Source: Podarcis muralis (lineage: Eukaryota). From it: a DNA stretch of 64,000 nucleotides. The notes under the pieces are model-generated. The model worked only from the letters and a program-made list of their open reading frames with translations. It was not told the DNA's origin and did not search any database. The stretch's first letter is position 1; the number at the start of each line of letters is the position of its first letter. Both the position numbers and the translations under genes were made by a program. The stretch is taken from the NCBI RefSeq assembly GCF_964188315.1, contig NC_135668.1:14260001-14324000 (forward strand), read 5' to 3'. Positions 25,189-36,907 of the stretch are shown piece after piece.

Positions 25189-25974
25189 TATTTGCAAAAC
25201 AGATATCACAGAATTGTGGAGTTGGGAGGGATTCCAAGGGTCATCTAGTCCAACTCCCTGCAATGCAGGAATCTCAACTAAAGCATCCATGACAGATGGC
25301 CACCCAACGTCTGCTTAAAAACCTCCAAGGAAAGAGAAAGTACAACCTTCTGAGGTAGTTGAGTCTGCTGTTGAACAGTTCTTACCATCAGAACGTTCTT
25401 CTTGATGTTCAGTCAGAATCTCCTTTCTTGTAACTTAAAGCCATTAGTTTGGGAGCTACTCCCCGGTGCAGGAGAAAAAAAACTTGCTCCATCTTCCATT
25501 TGACAGTCCTTTAGATCTTTGAAGATGGCTATCATATGTCCTCTCAGTCCCCTCTTTTCCAGGCTAAGCATACCCAATTCTCTCAACTGTTCCTCATAAG
25601 GCTTGGTTTCCAGACCCTTGATCATCTTGGTTGCCCTTCTCTACACATGTTCCAGCTTGTCAATATTCTTCTTAAAGTGTGGCACCCAGAACTGGATGTG
25701 GTATTCCAGGTGTGGTCTGATCAAGGCAGAATAAAGCGTGACTATTGCTTCCCTTGATCAGGACACTATATTTGTTGATGCAGTCTAGAATAGCATCAGA
25801 TTTTCTGCTGCCGTATCACACTGTTGACTCATCCTAACCTTGTAGTCTAAATCCCCTAAATCCTTTTCAGATGTACTACTGGCAATCCAGGCGTCCCTCA
25901 TCTTATATTGGTGTAGCAGGTTCTTCCTGCCCAAGTGCAGAACCAGGTATTTGTCCCTATTGAAATTCCTTTTA

Positions 25975-26189
25975 CAGTGGTACCTCGGGTTACATACGCT
26001 TCAGGTTACAGACTCCGCTAATGCAGAAATAGTACCTTGGGTTAAGAACTTTGCTTCAGGATGAGAACAGAAATCGTGCTCCGGTGGCACGGCAGCAGCG
26101 AGAGGCCCCATTACATAAGTGGTGCTTCAGGTTAAGAAAAGTTTCATGTTAAGAACGGACCTCCGGAACGGATTATCGAGGTACCACTG
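25975..26189. mobile_element. Tc1/mariner-type MITE nested in the CR1
   Basis: cagtggtacctc TIRs; TA TSD. Confidence 0.88.
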
Positions 26190-27884
26190 TATTAGTTTTG
26201 GCCCAGTTCTGTCTTCTGCTACGCTAGCTAACCCTCCCAGCTTGGTGTCTTCCACAAATCTGATGAACATCCTCTCAATTCCTTCGTCCAAATCATTTAT
26301 AAAGATGTTGAACAACAACAGGCCCAGGACAGAACCGTGTGGTACACCACTTGTCACTTTCTTCCAGGATGATGAGGAACTATTAGTGAACACTGTCTGG
26401 GTTAGGTCAGTCAACCAGCTACAAATCCACCTTATAGTTACCTTGTCCAGCCCACATTTTGCCAGCTTCTCCACGAGAATATCATGGGACATTGTCAAAA
26501 GCCTTATTGAAACCAACATACATGAAGTCTACAGCATTCCCCTGATCCACCAACTTGTAAAAAAGAAAAAGAAAAGAAAGAAAGAAAAAGAAAAGAAAAA
26601 GAAAGAAAAAGAAATGAGATTTGTCTGGCATGACTTATTTTTGAGAAACCCATGCTGGGTTTTAGTAATCACAGCATCCTTTTCTAAGTGCTCATAGACC
26701 AACTGTTGAATTATCTGTTCTAGGACCTTACCTGGTATCAATGTCAAGCTCAGCTGATCAGTCGGTTGTTACCTGGGTCTTCTTTTCCCCCTTTTTTGAA
26801 GATGGGGACATTTGCTTGCCTCCAGTCCACCTGTTCTCCAAAAATTCTAAAGCATTATAAACAGAGACTCTGGGATTATATCCACAAGCTCCTTTAGTAC
26901 CCTTGGATGCAGCTTACCAGGCCCTGGAGATTTGAATTCATTTAAAGTAGCTAAGTGTTCCCTTAGCACCTCTTTTCTTATACTGAGCTGCAGCTCCCTC
27001 CTTAAATCATTTACTCTGTTATCACCAGGTTGGGCACTGCTTTCCTTCTGGGTGAAGAGGCAAAGTAGGTGTTGAGCAGTTCTTCCTTCTCTGTCCCCAA
27101 ACAGCATTTCTCCATCTTCTCCACACACAGGACCTACTACTCGCTTGTTCTTCCTCCTGCTTTGAACATAGCCAAAGAAAGCTTTAAAAAACATTTTTAA
27201 CTTCTCTTGCAAGCCTGGTCCACCTGTCATTCGCCCTGCAACTGTTGGCCACCTATGTATACTCTTCCTTCATGATTTCCCCTTCCATTTCTTATACATG
27301 CCCTTCTTAAATCTCAGGTCATCTGTAAGCTCCTTATGCAGCCACACCGGTTTCCTTAGATGCCTCCAACTTTTCTTTCTGTTGGAATTGTCTACCTTTG
27401 TGACTTCAATGTATCATCTTAGAGAAACGCTCATCCATTTTGGATTCCCTTCTCTTTTGAGTATTTCTGACCATGGTATCACTTAGTTCCTTAAGTTTTT
27501 TGAAATCAGTCTTCTTAAAATCCAGAGTGTTTTTACAATCACACCCAGCTTTCCCTTGGTTCTATTTCATGAATCCCAAGAGGCCATGATCACTTCCTCC
27601 TAAGCTTCCCAGTACTTCCACTTTGTCAAGTCAGTTCCTCCCTGTTAGTGAGGACCAGGTCCAAGTTGTTGCTTCTTCCACCTTCTGGTAAATGAATTGT
27701 CAGCGAGGCAATTGAGGAATTTGTTGGACCTTACGTTCTTGGTAGAGTTTGAGTTCCCATAGATATTGGGGTAGTTGAAGCCTCCCATGACTACTGTATC
27801 TCTCATCTTTGAATGTCTGGTAATATGCTGTAGGAAGGCATCACCCAAATCTTCAGTCTGGCTTGGAAGTCTATAGCAAACACC

Positions 27885-28765
27885 GCTGAGAGAATGGTTG
27901 CTTCTTGAAAGGACTGAAGTGCTAGATAAATGGCAGATGAAGTTGATGGACTATATGGAATTGGTGGAAATGACTGGCAAGATCCGAGACCAGGGAGAAG
28001 AGTCGGGGGAAGAAGACTGGAAAAAGTTTAAAGACTATTTACAGAAATATGGTAAAATTAATGAATGTTAGAAGAATGTTGGAATGAAGTTATATGGCTT
28101 TAGTAGAAATGTTATAAGGAATTAAGTATAAATAGATTAATAGACGCAGGTGGCGCTGTGGGTAAAAGCCTCAGCGCCTAGGGCTTGCCGATCTAAAGGT
28201 CGGCAGTTCGAATCCCTGCGGCGGGGTGCGCTCCCGTCGTTCAGTCCCAGCGCCTGCCAACCTAGCAGTTCGAAAGCACCCTCGGGTGCAAGTAGATAAA
28301 TAGGGACCGCTTACAAGCGGGAAGGTAAACGGCGTTTCCGTGTGCGGCTCTGGCTCGCCAGAGCAGCGATGTCACGCTGGCCACGTGACCCGGAAGTGTC
28401 TCCGGACAGCGCTGGCCCCCGGCCTCTTGAGTGAGATGGGCGCACAACCCTAGAGTCTGGCAAGACTGGCCCGTATGGGCAGGGGTACCTTTACCTTTAC
28501 CTTTTAGATTAATAGAAAATTAAAGGAAAAAATAAGGTAAGAATGTGTTAAGATAATTATAGGATAGAAAACAGAGGAAGATGGAAAGGAATTGCTGAAA
28601 TAATAAATAGAAGTGGAATACAAAAAGGGAGGTGTGAGGAGGTCGATGTGGTGTTTTTGTATTGTATTTGTACTGTTCTTTTTTTTCTTTTTTCTTCTTT
28701 CTTTTTTTGTGTAATGTTGTGTTGAAATTGTTTGAAAAGTAATAAATATCTTTTTTTTTTAAAAA
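27885..28765 (+). mobile_element. L1-like LINE 3' fragment nested in the CR1
   Basis: 20-bp TSD ggaagtctatagcaaacacc (27865-27884 and 28766-28785); frame ending ...EEDWKKFKDYLQKY...*; AATAAA before the tail. Confidence 0.8.
28143..28504 (+). mobile_element. Sauria SINE nested in the L1 fragment
   Basis: TSD tagattaataga; (accttt)n tail. Confidence 0.9.
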
Positions 28766-29319
28766 GGAAGTCTATAGCAAACACCCACAGTAAGGTCACT
28801 GTCGCTTCCCTTTCTTACAGTTTTTACCCATATACTCTCAATTAGCCTTCCTTCATTATGCCCTTTCCTTCAAGTGTGTAGAAGCTGGTGTTAAAAGTAA
28901 TAAGCAGTACTACAATGTTCTTACCCTTTATTGCTTGCATTTACACATGAACTGTCATTAACACATAAGTGCAGGAAGAGGAAACAAGGATACACTCCCT
29001 ACATTCACCACATATATACTGTGTCGTAAGACTGAGGAAGAGTCAGCTAGCAAAACCAATACCTCTACTATAACCAGCCATGAACATAATCAGACAATAA
29101 ACAAGGTAGGTAGAGTATCAACCAGTCAACAATCGGCTCTGGCAGAGTATAAAAATTACGAATTCAACATCCATCTTTCTCCTGGCTACTTTATCCTTCG
29201 GTATTTACACAGTTGGTGCTATATATGTTTTAAAGTCCATGATATTCCTATAACTTCACTGCCTGGAGTCTCCCATGTGAAGACACCACCATGTACTCAT
29301 GCTCCTAGAAACTGTATGT

Positions 29320-29886
29320 CAGAGCTTTCCAAACTTTTCATGTTGGTGACACACTTTTTAGAAATGCATCATTTCATGACACATTAATTCAGTTTTACTA
29401 GCAAAGTAAAGGGACCCCTGACCATTAGGTCCAGTCGTGACTGACTCTGGGGTTGTGGCGCTCATCTCGCTTTATTGGCCGAGGTAGCTGGCGTACAGCT
29501 TCCAGATCATGTGGCCAGCATGACTAAGCCGCTTCTGGCGAACCAGAGCAGCGCACGGAAACACCGTTTACCTTCCCGCCGGAGCAACACCTATTTATCT
29601 ACTTGCACTTGACATGCTTTCGAACTGCTAGATGGGCAGGAGCAGGGGCCGAGCAATGGGAGCTCACCCCATTGCGGGGATTCGAACCGCTGGCCTTCTG
29701 ATCGGCAAGCCCTAGGCTCTGTGGTTTAGACCACAGAGCCACCCGCTTCCCATTTTACTAGCAAACTGGAGGTTAAACTATCCCTTTTCCAGGCCCAGGA
29801 GGAGCATAGGAAGCATTCGCACAACACAGCTACACACGGCAGCTGACACACTTAATGTGTCGCGACATAAAGTTTGGAAAGATCTG
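29320..29886. mobile_element. hAT MITE interrupted by a SINE
   Basis: TIR cagagctttccaaact / agtttggaaagatctg; perfect 8-bp TSD ctgtatgt. Confidence 0.88.
29406..29751 (-). mobile_element. Sauria SINE nested in the hAT MITE
   Basis: 13-bp TSD ttttactagcaaa. Confidence 0.9.
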
Positions 29887-30248
29887 CTGTATGTTCACGT
29901 GCTCCTAGAACATGTACAGACATCCCAAGAACTCTCCCTCTTGGCATAACTTATTGGCACAATTATCCAATTTAAGCTTCTGCTTAAATTCAGTCTCAAC
30001 GCATGGAAAGGTTTGGGAGGCATTACTTACTATAAATCCACAACACGCAAGTTAAAACGGTGAGCACACACCGCTTACTTCACAGAACTACTTCCGCACA
30101 TGAATTTCCATTACTCGCGTAAGACAATTCTGCATCACTACAAATGCATGTAAGGAGGAAGAGGTGCCAAACACTGGAACGTGACACACACTCACCTACA
30201 GGTCAGATCCTCCGTGTGTGAATTTCATCATGGGTAAAGTCACCCCAA

Positions 30249-30455
30249 TGACATTTTGCAGGCTTCCTACTGGCCTTGTTTGATGTTTTATTGTGTTTTT
30301 AATATTCTGTTGGGAGCCGCCCAGAGTGGCTGGGGAAACCCAGCCAGATGGGCAGGGTATGTATGTATGTATGTATGTATGTATGTATGTATAAATAAAT
30401 ATTATTATTATTACCACTACTACTACTACTATTATTACTATTGTTATTATTATTA
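30249..30455 (+). mobile_element. L2-type 3' end with (gtat)n and (att/act)n microsatellites
   Basis: gggagccgcccagagtggctggggaaacccagccagatggg followed by simple repeats. Confidence 0.8.
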
Positions 30456-30679
30456 TGTGTACACCCATTTCTGTTTAAGCATATGCTTAGAAGGGCATAT
30501 ATACAGCGTGGATGGGCCAAATCAGCATTTGAAAACACACCTGTCACATAAAGGCTCGAGGAAAAGGGCCAGAATTGGCTGCGGTTCCCTGCTGATCACG
30601 CATGGGGGGAGGTTAAACACGAGTAACGTGTGAATGCAACTTTCCAGGTCACTCACCAAGGTGACATTTTAATGGACGT

Positions 30680-31420
30680 CGTTGGGGGGGAGGGGAGAGA
30701 GAGATGACTCCCGTGGTTCCCCCCTTCATTTCCCCTTTTTCTGCTCAGAATGGACTTTCTCTCAATTTCTTATTCCTTATGCCTCCCGTCATCTCGCGGC
30801 CTCCGCCCATTCCCACCTCACAACCCGAGCCTCCCCAACGCCGCCACCCCGGGCTCCTCCTGGCGGGCCCACAGAAGGGCCCCTCCACGGCCAACACGGA
30901 CCCCGCCGTCTCGTGTGAGCCGAGCCCCACAGACGCGTGTCAGGTCTCCCTTCCGAAACACCCCCCCCCCCCGCCGCCAGCAAGCCTTGTTCTCCGGGCT
31001 CCAGACCAGCTTGCCCACCCCGGGGTCCTTCCTGAGGTAAAAGAGGGCAGGCCGCTCCGCCTCCAGGAGGCCTTTCCCGGCCCTCTCGGCTCCAGCGCAC
31101 TCACCTGAGCTTCGGGGGTCTCGCAGCAGCAGCCGTCGCCACCACCTCTCCCTCCTCCCTTCGACCCGGCCCAGGCCCATGTCCCAGAGGCGAAACGGCG
31201 GAGGGAAGATGGGCTGGAGGACGGCCTTCGCTTCCGAGGCGGAACTGGGCTGAGGCGGCGGAGAGGCGGCCCGTGGGCGGGGATAGGGGTGGCTCTTCCC
31301 TCAGCGGCCGGGCTCGGGCCCAGCCTCCCTGGCAAAGGGGCTGGGCTGCGGGAATGGCTTGCTTACTCGTAGGGAAGCGTGTGTTGGGGTAGCCGACTGA
31401 TAAAACAGCAGCCACCAAAT
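30680..31420 (-). promoter_or_regulatory. USP8 CpG-island promoter
   Basis: GC/CpG-rich segment; GC box TGGGCGGGG 31274-31282; ETS-like CTTCCG 31231 and CGGAAC 31240. Confidence 0.8.
31105..31300 (-). other. USP8: USP8 exon 1 (5' UTR); upstream boundary approximate
   Basis: Perfect donor CAG|GTGAGT at 31105/31104 inside a CpG island, upstream of exon 2. Confidence 0.75.
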
Positions 31421-31622
31421 CTTTATTTTTAATTTTTGTTCAGGGTTTCAAGAGTGTATATATGAGGTGGGGAACTTGATGAACTGAGGTTTGCCCGTCT
31501 TTTCTCTGAAGGATTCGCCTGCCAAAAATTTAGTCCTTTTGGGAAAGCAGAGCTGCTTTTTGTGAATTATAGGGACAGAACTATAGGTTTTTATCATATG
31601 TGGTGGTCTTGTAGTTAAGGAT

Positions 31623-32106
31623 CAGTGCCGGATTTACGTATAAGCTAAACAAGCTGTAGCTTAGGGCCCCACTTTCTTGGGGGCCCGAAAAAAAATCAAA
31701 GGGGAAAAAACCCCTAGATGTACATTTCCAAAATATAAGATAAAAAACAAAATAAAACCTACATACAGCAACAGTGTTTTGTGTTGTGTAGACTCCTATG
31801 ACACAAGTAATGGGCCCTGCCTGCTAGCCTGCTCACTAAAATATCACTGGTTTGCTAATTTCTATCTATAAAAATTATGGACTTTGCATTCTGCATGGAC
31901 TTTTCAACAATTACTTTGATAAAATACATATTTTGTTATGTGCAGATGGCTTTAGATACCTATTAGGTCCATAAATTACCATATATAGCATATATTCAAC
32001 ACAAAAAAACAGCAGCAATTTGTTGTTGACAAAGGACAGCTGGACATATAAAGGGCCCCATTACCTTCAGCAGCTTAGGGCCTCATCAAACCTAAATCCA
32101 GCCCTG
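31623..32106. mobile_element. hAT-like non-autonomous element just upstream of the USP8 promoter
   Basis: Ends cagtgccggattta / taaatccagccctg with subterminal gcttagggcc repeats. Confidence 0.65.
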
Positions 32107-32680
32107 AGTAAGGTTAAAGCTTACTGGGAAATGATACACAATGAATTGAAAAGGATGTTCAAAATAACCTTTGTAAAAAAAAACAACAACAAAAAAACAA
32201 CAACAGCTTTTTGGGAGGAATTATAGGGACAGAATTACCTAAAATGTATAGAAACTTATTCATGTACACTACTACAGTGGCAAGAATGTTACTCGCCCCA
32301 AAATTTAAAGTAGCAGCAAAGGAAGAATGGATGCAAAAACCTCTGGAATGTGCAGAAATTGCAAAACTTGCCGGAAGAATAAGAAATCAAGGTAACAAAC
32401 TCTTTATAAAAGAATGGAAATGGTTTATTGAATATTTACAGATCAATTGTAAACAGATGAGAACATTGGCAGGATTATTAATAACCTGCTGTTTCATAAG
32501 AGTATATATTAAATAAAGTAGACAAAAAACTGAGCAAATTAAGTTAATTTGGATATGCAGAAGATATTAAAAATAAATTTAAGGAACCACAGAAAGAGGG
32601 GGTAGGAAGTTGTGAAATGTTAAAATGATTGTAAAATTAGTGAATATATAAACCTGAAAAGCATAAATAAAATTTAAAAA
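32107..32680 (+). mobile_element. L1-like LINE 3' fragment
   Basis: KVKAYWEMIHNEL...ARMLLA...EWKWFIEYL (ORFs 32020.. and 32211..); A-rich end. Confidence 0.75.
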
Positions 32681-33981
32681 GCAGACAGAGCTGCTTCAAG
32701 CAGCAAAAGGCAACCGTCAGATACAGTATGATGTACTGTAGGTTTTTTTTGTTTTTATGCTTTTTATGTTGTTGTAAAGCACCCTGTTTTATGAGGAAGG
32801 TAGATGAGTTCTTTGAGAACTTTTAAAATGTTGCTTTTCGCTTTCCAGTTCTCCAGTAATTAAAGCAGTTGCTGGATTCCTGTGATATAATGAACCCACA
32901 AGCTTTTGGTAATGCCCTGTTGGTGTAGATGGCTGAACTGTCCACGCTGTGCAACTTTTTTTAAAGATGGCAAACGTTCTGTTTCCCCTGTTGCAAAATA
33001 ACTGAACAAACCCAAAGATCTGAGCTTCTTGGAAATAACCAATACATTGCAGTTTTTCTATTCCAGAAAGTCTGCCCAGTCATTTTGCTAGTGAATCGCC
33101 ATCTCATAGATGTTGGGAAGAACAGACAAAATAAAACTTATAAAACACTTTGCAAGCCCCAGAATACTTCATAGTTACTGAAGTTAGTTGGACTAGTTGT
33201 TGAGCAAACATATTTAGATTGGAGGCTTACTTTGGTTCTACAGTAGGCTTCTGCACTCAGATTGCTCTGTAAAATGGGTGAAAAGGGTTACTTTGAATTG
33301 CAAACTCCACAGGAGAACTGGGTGGAGAGGTTGAGTCAACAAGAGGGATATAGTGGAATTTTTAAGTGGAGGCACAAGCTTTGTGCTATTTTGATTATAG
33401 GAATTTGCTTTCAGTCTTATCTTTGGGACTACAGTACAATGGCAGGGTGGCCTAAACTCATATCAAAAATCAAATATCTTTAATACGGTCAATGACCAGC
33501 AAGCAAACTCATATTCTCTGTCTCCTCACTGCAAAGCTACATAAGCAAAGTCCATAATCTGACCCCAAATAAAAATAGCAGAGAAGTGTTAGGAACAGTT
33601 TGGGAATGGAGAAGGCATCCCATGTTGAAATTTTATTTGCACCCAGCAACATTAAAACATCATTAGGGTGAAGCAGTTAGTGGCCCAGAGTTCATCATAT
33701 GATCCCTCTCATTTAAGAAATTAAAACCACTCTACCAGCTTTGTCAAATATTTCCATAATTATTCATACTGTGAAAGTAAAACCGGAACGAGAAACTACG
33801 TTCAGGTTTTATCAGATAAAAACGCACCAGTCTTGCTTATACAAGCAGCAGCAAAGCACATTATGGATTCTTTTCTCCTTATGAAATGTTACCACACAGG
33901 ATGCTCCATGGTATTATAAAACAGCAGTTATAAAACAAGTGATCAATCTGTAGCATGCCTAATACAGATATGGCATGCATA

Positions 33982-35119
33982 AAGATAAAAAAGGTAAAGG
34001 ACCCCTAACAGTTAAGTCCAGTTTAGTCGCAGACAACTCTGGGGTTGCGGAGCTCATAACAAAGGCGGCATTTTTCCATCTCCGCCAAGCTAAGCAGTTG
34101 GCTCCTTACCTCTCTTGCCCTGACCTAGCCACTGTGATCCACGCGACGGTCACCTCCAGACTGGATTATTGTAACTCGCTCTACGTGGGGCTGCCCTTGA
34201 GACTGACCCAGAAACTCCAGCGGGTGCAGAATGCTGCAGCGAGACTCCTTACAAGGTCTTCGCTGCGAGATCACATTCACCCGGTGCTATACCAGCTGCA
34301 CTGGCTCCCGGTGGAGTACAGGATCAGGTTTAAGGTGCTGGTTTTAACCTTTAAAGCCCTATATGGCTTAGGACCCTCGTACCTACGGGACCGCCTCTCC
34401 TGGTATGCCCCACAGAGAAACTTACGGTCTTCAAATAAAAACATCTTGAAGGTCCCAGGCCACAGAGAAGTTAGGCTAGCCTCAACGAGAGCCAGGGCCT
34501 TTTCGGCTGTGGCTCCGATCTGGTGGAACACTCTGTCACAAGAGACCAGGGCCCTGCGGGACTTGACATCTTTCCGCAGGGCCTGCAAGACAGAGCTGTT
34601 CCACCAGGCCTTTGGCAAGGGCACAGCCTGACTCCCTCCTTCGGCAATCTTCGCGGAGCTCTGGCCCAATGGCTGCCAGTGGCTTGAATTAATTAATTTT
34701 AGAATGAATGATTTTAGAGTGTTGTTTATGTTGTACTTTTGTACTGTTTTATTGTTGTTAGCCGCCCTGAGCCTGGCTAAGGCTGGGGAGGGTGGGATAT
34801 AAATAACATTTATTATTATTATTATTATTATTATCTCGCTTTACAGGCCGAGGGAGCCAGCGTTTGTCCGCAGACAGTTTTCCCGGGTCATGTGGCTGGC
34901 ATGATTAAGCCGCTTCTGGTGCAACGGAACACCGAAACCAGAGCAACACACGGAAACGCCGTTTACCTTCCCGCCAGAGTGGTACCTATTTATCTACTTG
35001 CACTTTTGGGCGTGTTTTCGAACTGCTAGGTTGGCAGGAGCTGGGACTCGAACCACCAACCTTCTGATTGGCAAGCCCAAGAGTCTCAGTGGTTTACACC
35101 ACTGCGCCACCTGCGTCCC
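33982..35119 (-). mobile_element. Sauria SINE split by an L2 insertion
   Basis: 13-bp TSD tatggcatgcata (33969-33981 and 35120-35132); SINE halves join at gctcat|ctcgcttt. Confidence 0.88.
34058..34834 (+). mobile_element. L2-type LINE 3' fragment with uninterrupted RT C-terminal frame
   Basis: TKAAFFHLR...TSRLDYCNSLYVGLP...HQAFG, no stop to 34631; (att)n tail. Confidence 0.88.
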
Positions 35120-35340
35120 TATGGCATGCATAGTGTTATTCAAATAACTGGCACTCTGCAGCAGTATAAAAAACTGGATGGCATTATCTAGATTTGGCAA
35201 GCTACATCGCAGGTTAAAACAAACATAAAGTGCTCGGGAAAATATTAAAATAAGTGTAACAACTAGAGAAATGTTTACCAGTCGCATTACTAATAAAAAT
35301 GATTCAAAGCAACTTACAAACACAACAGAAATACTAAAAC

Positions 35341-35476
35341 CAGGCATAGGCAACCTCGGCCCTCCAGACATTTTAGGACTACAACTCCCATGATCCCTAG
35401 CTAACAGGACCAGTGGTCAGGGATGATGGGAACTGTAGTCCCAAAACATCTGGAGGGCCGAGGTTGCCCATGCCTG
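35341..35476. mobile_element. Short hAT MITE (136 bp, near-palindromic)
   Basis: TIR caggcataggcaacctcggccctccaga; TSD actaaaac/actaaaat. Confidence 0.88.
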
Positions 35477-36560
35477 ACTAAAATCAATTCCAATAAACAC
35501 CATCAATAAAAACCTGAAAAATGGGATATTTTGCTAACAGTGTGTTGTCAAAGCTTCAAATTGCTGTTATGGGATTTTGTGTTTGTGCACGTAATGAACT
35601 GAATGTGATTTATACGGATCTGTTAATGGGAAAATATATTTTTGTTTTTAAATGTGTTGTAATTCATTTGGAGATCTTTGTAGCAAGTGACCAAGAAGTC
35701 TAATAAATAATAGGATCAAGTGCTTCAAAGGAAAAAATAAATAAATGAGATAAATGGCTGCAAAGATGTTGTTTATCCCACCCTGATTTTTAAAAAAGCT
35801 ACTCAAGACTGTCAAGCCCATAGTTTTTAATGTAATCAATCTTTTATAATTTACAGCTAATCTTGTTTAGGAATCAGTAATTCTATTGTCAAGCAGAAGC
35901 TCCCTTATTGTACAGTATTAGTTCCATTTGGCCAGGTTAGGAGAAGCACCAGTAATTGGAGAACAAATCTTCAAATCTACGAACAAACATTTTGTCCTGC
36001 ACCCAACTACCCATAGTTTCCAATACCAGAAACACTTGTTCCATTTGCAGAAATATCTGCAGGAACAATGAAGTTGAAGAAACAATACCAAACTGTCCCT
36101 TCGATGTTTGGCAGGTGTCTGCAAGATCTACACTGCATTTGAAAGAGCTATCTTATCTAGGCAATGAAATCTGTTCCTTGACACTGATGCCCCATGAAAC
36201 AGCCCCTGCAAATTTACTTATGGCACGTTGTTGTCATTTCACATTTAATGTGTATATGAAACCAGGTGAGAAATTTACACCCATTAGTGTGTGGGTAGAA
36301 CCTATCTCTTTCCACCTCCCTCTCCAGACCTGCCCTCTCAGTTCTTTCACCGCTAATATAATGGATAGTGTTAGACAGAACCCAAATCCTACTTAACCAT
36401 GATGCTTACTAGATTACCTTGGGCCAAGCCTACCTCACAGGATAAGTGGAGAAGAGAAAGATCATGTGACACCCTGGGCTCCTTGGAAGACAAAAATCGC
36501 AATAAAACTCATTAACAGGATAGCTCATGGAGAAAGAATGGCATACAGGGTATCATATCA

Positions 36561-36907
36561 GGTAAAGGGACCCCTGACTGTTAGGTCCAGTCGTGGACGA
36601 CTCTGGGGTTGCAGCGCTCATCTCGCTTTAAAGGCCAAGGGAGCTGGCGTACAGCTTCCTGGTCATGTGCCCAGCATGACTAAGCCGCTTCTGGCGAACC
36701 AGAGCAGTGCACAAAAACGCCATTTACCTTCCCGCCGGAATGCTACCTATTTATCTACTTGCACTTTGACGTGCTTTCGAACTGCTAGTTTGGGAGGAGC
36801 AGGGACCGAGCAACGGGAGCTCACCTCGTCGCGGGGATTCGAACCGCCGACTTTCTGATCGGCAAGCCCTAGGCTCTGTGGTTTAATCCACAGCACCACC
36901 CGCACCC
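36561..36907 (-). mobile_element. Sauria SINE, full length
   Basis: TSD atcatatcaggta. Confidence 0.9.

Larger units (their letters stand above)
25205..28880 (-). mobile_element. Degenerate CR1 LINE (endonuclease to RT to 3' end) hosting nested insertions
   Basis: ORF remnants VTSGVPHGSVLG..FNIFINDLD, LKEL..IIPESLFI and DTVVMGGFNYP; CR1 3' end near 25205. Confidence 0.88.
1697..31300 (-). other. USP8: USP8 gene (ubiquitin-specific protease 8), 5' part: exons 1-16; 3' exons outside window
   Basis: 15 GT-AG coding exons assemble to a 2691-nt frame (897 codons) starting MPAVASVPKDLYLCTSLKDLNKK, with MIT, rhodanese, coiled-coil, WW-like, RSYSSP and USP Cys-box ([13 protein letters not shown]) segments. 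TSS position is approximate. Confidence 0.97.

Noticed and set aside
26119-27848. Several 60-190-aa ORFs
   Set aside because: Frameshifted CR1 ORF2 remnants and their antisense frames.
28143-28230. tRNA genes in SINE heads (ggttcgaatcc B-box)
   Set aside because: Contiguous with SINE body, tail and TSDs; no cloverleaf. Applies to all copies.
30682-31418. Stack of overlapping 60-134-aa ORFs on both strands
   Set aside because: Stop-codon scarcity in the USP8 CpG island; Pro/Arg/Gly/Ala-biased with no recognisable domain. Only the spliced uORF was kept.
32789-33079. 96-codon stop-free minus-strand frame (LGRLSGIEKLQCIGYF...)
   Set aside because: No ATG, no convincing splice-site pair and no recognisable homology; expected by chance in 64 kb.
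33975-34631. 218-aa ORF as a novel intergenic gene
   Set aside because: L2 RT C-terminus fused by chance to the antisense SINE tail.
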